From Octopus bimaculoides (taxonomy: Eukaryota), in contig NC_068994.1 in assembly GCF_001194135.2 (NCBI RefSeq), positions 18,533,990 through 18,597,241 of the forward strand: a stretch of 63,252 bases of DNA, written 5' to 3'. Below, in pieces: positions 10,941 to 22,670 of this stretch (position 1 is the first letter of the stretch; the number at the start of each line of letters is the position of its first letter). Below the pieces are notes generated by a model. That model was not told the DNA's origin and did not search any database. It saw nothing but the letters and a program-made list of their open reading frames with translations. A program made the translations under genes and the position numbers.

Positions 10941-13900
10941 AAGCTAGTGTTTAGAACATGAATCAACAAAAGGTTTTTACATCAAATTAAGATGTGAGGT
11001 TTTTTATTTAAAATGCGATTTTTTTGTTTTTTTAATGGTACAAAACTATATCAGCTGGGTCGGTTTCAAAAGGGTGCCCTATCAGTCATGACTATAAATG
11101 TCAGCTTAAATAAGGGTTTGCTGATGAAGGGGAACACACTGGTTTATTCACATTTGTGGAAAAGAAAATTTTTATGAACCAATTAGCCAATCTATAAAGA
11201 GAGAATAGGAAGAAAGTGTAGAAGAGTCAGCTAAAATATCAGCTTTACAGTTACTGAGAGGAAGTTGAGTAACTGTGAAGTCAATTTACTTTTGACATTG
11301 GCTTCCTGTCCACTAACACAATAGAGAAGAGTAATTGTATTAATAAACTGGAAATATGTGCAATTAATAATGATGATGATGGTAGTGTTGATAGTAGTGT
11401 TGATGATGATACAATTCATAACATCAAAAAAATTTAATTTTCTTTTACAAAATAGGTTTTTTTTTTTTCTTTAACAATTAATTCTTTATGACAAATAAAA
11501 GTTTAAAGACATTACTTATATTTTTATCTGCTTATTAGTCACAATTCATAAGATAAGCAATTCAATAAAACAAACATTATTACAAATTGTCTGAAATTTT
11601 ATTTATTTTTTATTTAACCTTTTATGAAATGTTTCATACAACCCTATTTGAGAGGAGGTCAAGCTTCCCGTAAAATTATAGCTTCATTTGTTAGATTCAA
11701 GAATCAACAGGAAATAACAGCTGTTTGAGAAAGCAGTTTCGAAGAAATAACTAAGAAGAGTGTTTTAATTTAACAGACTTAATGAATGCATGAAATTAGA
11801 GCTGCATGCAGAATACACTAAATATAGCAAAAACTTATCAAACCTTGAGGATTAGTTTATGCACACTACTATTTAATATTGTATGGCATGTTAAGGCAGT
11901 GAGCTGGTAGAATTGTTAGCACGCCAGGCAAAACACTTAGTGGCATTTCATCCACTTTTACATTCTGAATACAAATTCTGCTGAGGTCAACTTTGCCTTT
12001 CATCTTTCAGCATTGATAAAATAAGTGGGGTCGATGTACACTGAGGTCGATGTAATTGACTTACCCTCACCTGCTGAACCAGCTGGCCTTGTGCCAAAAC
12101 CTGAAAGCAATATTGTATGGCTTGTTAAAATAATATTTCAATATCTCCAAAACACATCAACTAAGAAGAAAAAAATGTTCAGGTTTTTTTTATCACAATA
12201 AATTAACTCAATCTAAATACAATCTATCTCCATGTGACTCTGCTCTGTTCCAAATTCACAAACTATTCCAGCTTCTTGAGTTCTCACTTCAAATTCTGAT
12301 GAAATTAACTTTGCCTCTTGCACTTCCAGTGTTCCTAAATAAAGTACCAGTCTAGGTTAACTGGCAAAAAACCCACCCTCCACAACAGAGGTGAAATCCT
12401 AAAATCAAGGTGCTATATAAAAAAAGCATTGATGTGGATGCAGGTGTCATGTAAAAATGCTGGTGCTGGTGCCACATAAAAAGCATCAGGACACTGTGGA
12501 GCGGGTGGCATTAGGAAGGGCATCTGGCTGTAGAAACCAAGCCAAAACAGACCATGGATGCCCCTGTGGCCCCTGGCCTTACCAGTTCCTGTCAAGCTGT
12601 CCAACCCATGCCAGCATGGAAAACAGGCATTAAATGATGATGATGATGATGATGTCTAGTGATATTATGTTATTTTTCCAGGTCTTTGCATTTTGGGTTC
12701 AAATTCTTCAGTGGCCTACTAAGATGGTACACTCAATCTATCAACTGGTTTCACACCACCACTTCATTTTTGGGGTGCTTTGGTAGAGTCCACCCTATCT
12801 CAAGCTTTGGGTCAGGTCTCCAATTTGATGATACTGTTCTCCTCACCAAGCTCAGAAGCCCTATAAAGGGTCAGTGATATGTATTTGAATAACATAGACA
12901 AATGCACATATGTTAAATACCTTACAACAAAAATTCTTGCTTTATAAAATTATCTCTAATTTTAGAAGTATCATAAGTACCAAATGGCAATTATTGAATG
13001 GCTCCATTTGAAAAGGGGAGATAATCTCAAGAATAAAGGATTCTCCAAAGCTGACATGGCATCAAGGAAAGAGACAAGGCTTATTGTTTGAAGATAAGAG
13101 GACAGCAGTGAATTGCATGTCAATTTTGGAGAATTCGTAAATCTTAAGACAATCCTCCCTTCTCAAGTGAAGCTGGTTGTGATTGTCACATGATAATTAT
13201 GATATCTCCTCTAGAGGTCGGAACTCAAATTTTGCTGTAAGGCTTTTAACATACTGGCATTTGTCTCTTATTCAAATACATGCCACTGGCCACTTTGAGT
13301 TGTTTCTCTTAGCTCATTTTTGCTTAAATTAGGCAACTTACCTAAGCCATTACTGTTTTCTACTCTGCTTTGTATAAGTCTAAATCCTTTGGCTACTGGA
13401 GGTAAGTTAGAATACCTGTTGTGCTGTTGATACCTATTGTAACAGAAATATGTTCATGACTGTCCTTTACCTGTCTTTTTTGGAGAATTCTTGAAGCTTA
13501 AGATTCTCAAGTGAAGTTGGTCATAATTACCATTTAGAAATTATCATACAGCCTCCAGAGTGGGAGATAATGTTAATAAATCAAGAATCTTTGTTATAAG
13601 GTATTCAACATATTGGTATTTGTCTATAAAGGGTCATTGACTCTGGGGTTTCTCTCCTAAAAAGATAAAGATCCTTCCCGAGTCATAGAGACTCATAGGG
13701 CCAGTTTCCATGAAGTATATATTCCCCTCCTGGACAGGATGCCACTCATCGCAAGACTACTCATTCTTGCCAGCTGAGTGGAGTGGAGCAATGAGAAAAG
13801 AAATGTTTTGCTCAAGAAGACAATGTATCACTCAATCTGGGAATAGAAACCACAATCTTACAATCATGAACCTAACTACTAAAATATATATAGTAAAGCT

Positions 13901-13993
13901 ACAAGAAATGTAAAGAAAATTTTAACTGCAACAGTAAAACTATCTAGTGGTGGATAACGCTACCATACTAGAAGTACTGTCCTTACGATTTAA

Positions 13994-14207
13994 CACTTGA
14001 GCATTTAAATTGGCCACATCCAGCCAAAATAGTCTACCTGTCTTATGTTCAAACTGGCCAGATCTAGCCTCTCACACCAACCTTACAATGCCACTCTAAA
14101 AATAAATGCATTGTTGAAATCTCAAAGCTACAAGATAAGGTATGATTAATTCAAAATAATATAACTAAGCATGCATAAATTTGATGGAGCAATCTGAATG
14201 CTAAAGG
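13994..14207. mobile_element. piggyBac-like MITE-D
   Basis: TTAA+CACTTGAGCATT...AATGCTAAAGG ends; colinear with 42032. Further decayed or partial copies at ~18655-18860, 33712-33830, 49445-49555 and 50125-50167. Confidence 0.75.
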
Positions 14208-14379
14208 TTATGAAATAAAAAAAATTCACGCCTCCTACATACATACACAAAACTGAGATAAAAAAAAAAATTCTTTTTCTTCATAGTCTTTTTAAATGAG
14301 TGTTACAGCAATACAAGTCTGTTCCCAAATTAATGTGATGTTCAACAGATGAACCATCTTCATAGCCTCAAGTCTTTTG

Positions 14380-14812
14380 AGAGCACCTGCCCGAGACAGC
14401 CCTTGGTTCTGTGATACAAACTTACTGTTTTCAAGTGATTTAATTCTTTAGCATTTAAACCAAACATATCTGGTACAAAATTTTATACCCGTTTTATGTT
14501 CAAACCAGCCAAATTTGGCCTCTTACTTGTACCTAACAATGTCATTCAAAACATAAGCAATCACATCATTTAAATCTCGAAGCTACACAATAATGCATGA
14601 TTAATTCAAACCAATGTGAATGAATATGTATTATATTTGACAAAGTAATCTGAATGCTTCAGGGTTAAATTAAAACCTCTCATCAAATTTTCATGTTAGT
14701 TTATGTTCCAAATACCAGCTTAACAATGAAAAGTTATTTGGCTAAATTCTTCTTAATTTCCAAAATTTGAAATAAAGGCGATGTGTGTCAATAGAAATTT
14801 GGTAACAGAAGA
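14380..14812. mobile_element. MITE-E containing a nested MITE-D (14444-14664)
   Basis: Inner element flanked by TTAA at 14440-14443 and 14665-14668; outer halves match MITE-E. Confidence 0.7.
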
Positions 14813-15039
14813 TTGATGCATTAGGTCTGAAGAGTTTGGAGAGAAATGAAGTGGATAGGATCTGTTAGGTTAGATATGCGATGTCAAACTGCCCATGAGG
14901 CAAAGCACAAATAAACTGAGGAAGAAGTGATGTTAGATCCCAGGACGGTTAGCTTCATAGAGAAATGATGAAACACTACAATAGACACCAATATGTTTTA
15001 GAGAAAATATACGCCATCATAGAGAAGGTGGTCATTTGA

Positions 15040-15345
15040 TCTTTTACTTATTTCAGTCATTAGACAGTGGCCATGCTGGGGCACTGCCTTTAAGAGTTTT
15101 TAGTCAAATGAATTGGCCCTAGTACTTATTCTATCAGTTGCTTTTGCTGAACCACCAGTTGTCAATCAGTGGTGGGGGACAAAGACACATACACATGACA
15201 GTCATCTTTCAGTTTCTGTCTACCAAATCCATCCACAAGGCTTTGGTTACCCCTAGGCTATAGAAGACACTTGCCCAAAGTGTCATGCAGTGGGACTGAA
15301 CTTGGAACCATGTGGTTGGGAAAAAGCTTTTTATCACACAAGAAA
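15040..15345 (-). mobile_element. SINE-A, decayed
   Basis: Colinear with other SINE-A copies. Confidence 0.85.
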
Positions 15346-16391
15346 TGCCTACTAGAAATAGCAATCAAATTTCCCATCAAATCACATACTGCTGTTTTGA
15401 AACAAAAGGTACATACTGGATAATGGATCTAAGGTACACAATGCTGAAAAAGAATGAAAGTGCCAAGACTTGATTGTACTTTGATCAGAGGGTTCTGCTT
15501 GATCAGGGCTGACCTGAGGTTAAACAATGTATTATGACACTGATGATGATGTTTCAAACCCTAACCCCATTTAGAATGAAAGCCATTTCCTTCATGCTTA
15601 AGTGTTATAATGGCTTCTATTTTAAGGTACTTAAATGTTATAGCTAAACCTCAAACTATTTAAAATGTTGATGGTTAAAAAAAAAAAAAGCACTGAAAAT
15701 ATCTAAAATCAACAAACAAAAAAGAAAAAAACCCTAGCAAAACACAAAAACGCAAATTTCTTTTATTACATTTTCACTCATCCCACTGAAATGCTTTTAT
15801 AGGTAAAATTCCCAGGCCAATATTTTTAGGTATTTCAGAGCTATATTGCAAATAGACAATGAAAATGTAGAATGCTAGCTAACTTACTTCTTTCTCTAGT
15901 CTTTGTCATTTTATACAACTATCATTTTATTACACAGCTTCCCTGGAGAGTTGATAAATATTTAGCAAACTCCTTATCTAAAATCCTATTGCTTGCTAAC
16001 TGTTAATAAGCACAAATGGCTTCTGTTCAAACAAGTTAGCAAGCAATATCACCAATCCTTGTATTATCTCAAAAACTGTCTTAGCTGAAGGTGCCAAATG
16101 TAGACATGGTGGTGTTATCAATATTATTCCTAGAAACATAACCTTATTATCCTCAGCTTAATACTTCTTAAATTATTCATTTGCAATAAATAATCACATG
16201 ACACAAACTTGAAATTCTTAAAAGAGTTTCTTTAGAAGATGGAAAGCAAAATACTCAAGGGGAGCTGTTCTAAGAATACCAATATAAAAGACACAGAACA
16301 GAATTAAAACAATTTTAAAGTATACTTATAACAGAAGTCATGACATTTCAAAGCAACATTTCAAAATTTATAATAATGATACTAATAATAA

Positions 16392-17015
16392 TGGTTTCAA
16401 ATTTTGGCACAAGGCCAATAAGTCCGAGGAGGGGGTAAGTTGATTACATTGACCCCAATGTTCAACTCGCACTTATTTCATTGACCCTGAATTGATGGAA
16501 GGCAAAGTGAACCTTGGTGGAATTAGAACCCAGAACGTAAAGACAGGTGAAATGCCACTAAGCATTTCATCCATTGTGCTAAAGATTTTGTCAGCTCATC
16601 ACCTTAATAATATTAATACTAATAATAATGATTTCAAATTTTGGCACAAGGCCAGAAATTCTAGGGGAGGGGGAAAGTCAATTACATCAATCCCAGTGTT
16701 CAACTGGTACTTATTTTATTGACCCCAAAAGGATGAAAAGCAAAAAGTCGACCTCAGTGGAATGTGAACTCAGAATGTAAACAGCTAGAAAAGTCAGAAA
16801 GCATTTTGTCTGGTGTGATTCTGACAGTTGGGCACCTTAATTGTTTCAAATGTTGGCACATGGCCAGCAATTTACCAGTGCTCAACTTGTACTTGTTTTA
16901 ATGACTGAAAGGATGAAAGGCAAAGTCTTCCTTGGTGGAATTTGAACTCAGAATATTAAGAACCAAAGGAATTGCCATGTCTGGTGCACTAACAAATCTG
17001 CCAGTACACTGCCTC

Positions 17016-17065
<50 letters not shown>

Positions 17066-17400
17066 TGATCATAATAATGATGATGATGATAATAATAATT
17101 ATAATCCTTTCTACTATAGGCACAAGGCCTGAAATTTTCGATTACAAGGATCCTAGTATGTAACTGGTACTTATTTCATCAACCCTGAAATGATGAAAGA
17201 CAAAGTTGACCTAGGTGGAATTTGGACTCTGAATGTAAGGACAGACGAAATGCCACTAAGCATTTTGCCCAGTGTGTCGCCGCCTTAATAATAATGATAA
17301 TAATGTTTCCAATTCAGGTACAAAGCCAGCCTTTTTGAGTGGAATGGGGAATAGTCAGTCACTCTGACTCCAGTACTTGACTAGTGCTCTATTTTGGTAA
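16392..17400 (-). mobile_element. Tandem array of ~5 SINE-B copies with long (AAT)n (17016-17100)
   Basis: Units at ~16392-16605, 16630-16840, 16843-17015, 17105-17286 and a partial 17305-17400. Confidence 0.9.
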
Positions 17401-18214
17401 AGTCAGAAAGTTCAAACCTTGGAAGCATTTGAACTTAGATCATAAAGTGCTAGAAGAAATATAGTAGTGTATTTTTCTGAAGCTCTGGCAATACAGACCA
17501 GCTTGCCACCTTTGGAAAAGTTATAATTAATTGATGGATGAAATGCAAAGTCAATCACCATCATCATTATCAGTTTACATCTGCTTTTCCATGGTGGCAT
17601 GGGTTAGATATGTTCTCATGAACTGAGGCAGGTGTTATTCAGAGTTAGTATCCTTCTTGATGGATTAAGAACAATATCTCATTTGTTCGTTCCATTTTTA
17701 GCACAGTTTCTACAACTGGTTGCCCTTCCTATCACCAACACTTTACAGTGAATGCTATCATACAATGCATGTTATCACAATACCAGCACTAGAAAGATGG
17801 TCAGCAATACTGAAGAAACTTCTCAATATCACGTTGTCCTTGTTCAATGACCAATCATTATATATAGTATTCTTAGTGCATATAGCATCCACACAAGAAC
17901 AGTTGTCCTGTTCTTAACAAAACTGGAGAGTCCTTTCTACTTCATATTGTCTTTGTGATTTGAAATGAGAATTTAAAGAGACATAATATAAAAGCTATCC
18001 AGCAGTTAGGGAAAGTAAAAAAGATATCAATAAATAGAATCATAAATTACAAGTTCCCCATGAATGTAATATTCAGTTACTAATTATATAAAACATAGCA
18101 ATTGGGTTTCGTATTTGGTTTGATCTGGAGGAAGGAGATTAACCATGACCTTCACAAACTCTTCAAGCTGAATGAGATTGGAGCTGTTTACTTTCTCCTG
18201 AAGCTGTTATAATT

Positions 18215-18500
18215 AGAAGACTACAGGAAAAACATGCACTGGGAGGAAGCTTAGAGGGGAGAGGGGCATCATACTGAAAAGGAAGGAGTGGATGTTGTGA
18301 TTAGTGTCAAGTTTGTGGGTAGAGACAGCCGCAATATAAGTGACAGGAAGAAGAGTGATGTATGAGTCAGGAATATTGAAGTAGAGGCCTTGCAACACCA
18401 GCCAGTTGTAGTTGTTGAAAAGGTAGAGAGATTAGGGGGAGGCATGTTAGGTTGAGGAATATTAGTGATCAACTCCATGCCAATCAGTTGAGTAACCCTT
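18215..18500 (-). mobile_element. CR1/L2-group LINE 3' fragment, decayed
   Basis: Reverse complement shares the actgattggcatg.agtt motif and general layout with the 40860 fragment. Confidence 0.5.
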
Positions 18501-19029
18501 TTTTTGGAAGTGTAGGAAAATTAGAAAAAATAATAGATCATGCTGTATATGAATAGATCACGTCCAGCTATAACAGTTTAGTGACCAAAAGACACATTAA
18601 CTTGAAGCAGTACTCAAAAGAAAACATCCCAGTCACATTTGTTTAAATCTTTAAAAGCATTCAGTTTACTCTGTCAAATGTAATGCTTATTTATTCACAA
18701 TGTTTTGAATTAATCATGTATATTATCTTGTAACTATGAGATTTTGACTATGTGTTTGTATATTTTTAAAATGACATTGTAGAATAGGTGTAAAAAACCA
18801 GATTGGGTTGGAAATGGCCAATTTAACTATCAAACACAGTTTTAACAAGGTGGTTAACCAGGTCAGTAATTAAATTAGTTACTAAATCAAAATATTAGAT
18901 GTTCAGATTTCTGCTATATCTCACTCAGTCTAGCTACAAAATAAGGACCACAACCACTTATTTGTTGATGAAGATTAGAGAAAGGAAATGTAGCTCAATG
19001 TCTTATATTGGTATGAGAGAAAAAAACAA

Positions 19030-19425
19030 ACCTGGGATCTTTCTGACTTGGCGGACACCATTTTTAATTTAGTTTTTATTTAGTGTTTTCTACCAAAACA
19101 CTTTAAAACTTCGTATACTTGTATATTTTGTCTTATAGAACAGAAAAAAAATTTTATATTCGAAGTTATTTCGTGTTAAAAGTTGTTGTATTTCGGTAAT
19201 TTCAACCAATCACTGATGTCTGTTGAGGTGAAAACAATTATTGCTGTGGATTGTCAACAACACGTTGTGGCGGTGTAATGGGATCTTTTCCCTTGAATAA
19301 AATTACTGCCGTTGTTTGTCAACAACAACTATCGGTGGTACTGTTATTTATGACATCGTTTGTGCATTTGTACTGGTTTTAACTTTAGGGTTTTAGGACC
19401 CCAACCCTAATCCTAAAACTCCCAC
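19030..19425. mobile_element. Probable non-autonomous DNA element ending in a telomere-like hairpin
   Basis: CpG-richer than flanks; ends ttagggttttagga...ccctaatcctaaaac. Classification not established. Confidence 0.45.
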
Positions 19426-19429
19426 TGCT

Positions 19430-19790
19430 CAACAACTTGTATTGGATGTGTATGTTCCTGTAACTTAGTGGTTTAGCAAAAAGGATTGATGGAATAAGTA
19501 CAAGACCTGAAAAAAAAATGCAATAGCATCAATCTGTTCCAATAAAAACATGTTCAAGGTCGTGCCCCAGCATGGCCATAGCCCAATGATGAACAAGATT
19601 GGATAGGCGCAGGTGTGGCTGTTTGGTAAGAAGCTTGATTCCCAACCACATGGTTCTGGGTTCAGTTTCACTGTGTGTCACCTTGGGCAAATGTCGTCTT
19701 CTATAGCCTTGAGCCGGCCAAAGCCTTGTGAGTGGATTTGGTAGATGGAAACTGAAAGAATCCCATTGTGTATGTGTGTGTGTGTGTGTG
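19430..19790 (+). mobile_element. SINE-A 3' half followed by SINE-A 5' half
   Basis: 19430-19590 matches the tail; 19605-19790 matches the head. Another 3' half lies at 20330-20530 after the gap. Confidence 0.85.
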
Positions 19791-20185
19791 TATACACAGT
19801 AAAATAAGGATCCAGATAGAATCGGGTACTTGAAAAGATATGCTCCAGGTAGGGTTGGATAAACCTGTGGTATCCGGCCTATGGTTGGTAAGTATCAAAC
19901 AGGATATTCTCGTTGTGTACAGAGAAAAACCAACCCTATGAGTATTTAACACTTAGGGGCTGGTTCAAAGCATGCATTATGTTGAATTATACGTTGTTGG
20001 TATACTCTAGGGTATCTGACAAGTCATAAATCCCCTTGGTGTATTATAATCAAATGAATAATAACATACTATGGATAATTGTCAGCTCGTTACAACTGTT
20101 TCTTATGCATTTTTTAATAGAATAATGAGAACATTACTCCATTACAAAAAAATACCATAATCATCAGATGAAACATAATTTTACA

Positions 20186-20221
<36 letters not shown>

Positions 20222-21438
20222 NNNNNNNNNNNNNNNNNNNNNNNNNNNNNNNNNNNNNNNNNNNNNNNNNNNNNNNNNNNNNNNNNNNNNNNNNNNNNNN
20301 NNNNNNNNNNNNNNNNNNNNNNNNNNNNNCCCCCCCCCCACCATTATTTGATAACCAATGCTGGTATGTTTACATTCTCCTAACTTAGCGGTTCACCAAA
20401 AGATACTGATAGAATAAGTACTAGGCTTACGAAGAATAAGTCTTGGGGTCAATTTCTTCAACTAAAAAAAACCCTTTAAGGCAGTGCTCCAGCATGGCCA
20501 CAGTCAAATGACTGAAAAATATAGGAGAATATTTCTTTTATATTTTAGGAAATGTTATCAAAAGATGGGAGAATATTCATTATCCTAGAGATGTTACAAT
20601 CTAAAAGTAATCTTGTTGAATTAATAAATTGCCAGGGCATATTTAGTTCAATTTGCCTGGGGTGATCTGGGCAACTAATTGTATGAATAGCAGAGTAGTA
20701 GACAGATTATCCTGGTATCCCTGAATTATAGCAGTCAATAGAGCACTGGGATCAAGATGATTAATGAATGCAGCAAAGGGGTGGGGGAAGGCTGTAGTGA
20801 GAAAGTGGGAGGTGAGAGGGAAGGATAAAGAGGGAAACAGAAAGCATTTGACCTCAATTTATCTTGTTCCATTAGTTCATATTAACACTAAATGACATTT
20901 GGATCACCCCTATATCATTTTCTATCTTCCTGTCATGTGTAGACACAAGTTTCGATATCTATATATTTGATCCATACAGCTCATGGACAATTACAGAATG
21001 TAAGTCAAAGTTGTTTTAGCTTTTTTAAAAGTTATGAATAAACATAGTTGTATAAGTAAACTGAGATGAATTTGAGATGCAATCAGCAAGATATATATCT
21101 TCATTCACCAAGCTAGATGTATGTAGCTCCTGGTGAGGTTTTTCACCAGGGAACCTCTTTCAAGCTGATGTGTGTGCATGTGTGTTTATTTATTTCAATG
21201 AATGGATCTTGAAACCAACATCTGTTGGATAATGGAACTGATTATTCTACTATGTAGCCATAAGCAATATAAAATGTTGAGAAATGAATAAATGCTACAA
21301 AATTTCAAAAATAGAGGCAACATGTATATTTTCTAAAGTTGTTTGATGATGTTAATGTAAAGAATGGAATTAAAACATTGCAACAAGACTCAAAAGAAAC
21401 AAACCAAACAAAGAAACAAATACATAATGAAGATAGTC

Positions 21439-21864
21439 GCAGGAGTGGCTGTGTGGTAAGTAGCTTGCTTACCAACCACATGGTTCTGGGTTCAGTCCCA
21501 CTGCATGGTACCTTGGGCAAGTGTCTTCTACTATAGCCTTGGGCTGACCAAAGCTTTGTGAGTGGATTTGGTAGACAGAAACTGAAAGAAGCCTGTCGTA
21601 TATATGTATATATATATATATGTATGTGTGCGTATATGTTTGTGTGTCTGTGCTTGTTCCCCCCCCCCCCAACTTCGCTTGACAACCAATGCTGGTGTGT
21701 TTACATCCCCGTACCTTAGCGGTTTGGCAAAAAGAGACCGATAGAATAAGTACTAGGCTTACAAAGAATAAGTCCTGGGGTCGATTTGCTTGACTAAAGG
21801 CAGGGCCCCAGCATGGCTGCAGTCAAATGACTGAAACAAGTAAAAGAGAGTAAAGAGAGAGAGT
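21439..21864 (+). mobile_element. SINE-A, full length, 6-bp TSD ATAGTC
   Basis: ATAGTC at 21433-21438 and 21865-21870; intact head, microsatellite core and GAGTAAAA-type tail. Confidence 0.95.
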
Positions 21865-22269
21865 ATAGTCTGGATGTTATATCATCATCATCGTCGTTTC
21901 TACATCTGGATGCCCTTCCTCCAGCTGTAGAAACTTTGCCACATCAGATTGGAGCCTGGTGCAGCCTTCTGGCTAGCCAGTCCTCAGTCAAACTGTCCAA
22001 CCCATGCCAGCATGGAAAGCAGACGTTAAACGACGATGATAATGATGATGATGATGATATAACATCCAGACTATCTTCATTATTTATTTTTTTCTTTGTT
22101 TGGTTTGTTTCTTTTGAATTTTGTAACTCGTTAACAAACCAATTCTGACTAATGCCAAGGTACCATGTAAATGTTTTCTTAAATATATTTGGCAATGGTA
22201 AGAAAATAGTATTTTATGTTACTAGGTTAATAATGAGTATTTACAGAAAAGAATACAATAAATTATTAG

Positions 22270-22670
22270 AACAGTTCTTTTTTTTTATACTTGTTTTAGT
22301 CACCAGACTGCTGCCATGTGGGGACACTGCCTTGAAGAATTTTTAGTTGAATGTATCAAACCCAGTACTTATTTTTTAAAAGCTTGGTACTTATTCTATT
22401 CGTCTCTTTTGCTGAACCAGGGATGTAAACACACCAGTTGTCAAGTGGTGGCGGGGAGGACAAATACAGACACAAAGACACACAGAAATATATATATACA
22501 TACATATATATATATGACAGGCTTCTTTCAGTTTCTGTCAATCAAATCTACTCACAAGGCTTTGGTCAGCCTGAGACTATAGTAGAAGACACTTAGCCAA
22601 GGTGCCATGCAGTGGGACTGAACCCCGAACCATGTGGTTGGGAACCGAGCTTCCTACCACACAGCCTGAG
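22270..22670 (-). mobile_element. SINE-A, full length
   Basis: Colinear reverse copy. Further minus copies at 24565-24960, 27025-27322, 30575-30755, 33830-33968, 45925-46060, 47270-47430 and 53640-53830. Confidence 0.9.

Noticed and set aside
21305-21685. Recurrent peptides such as KVPCSGTEPRTMWLVSKLLTTQP in many ORFs
   Set aside because: Translations of SINE-A and SINE-B copies, not a gene family.
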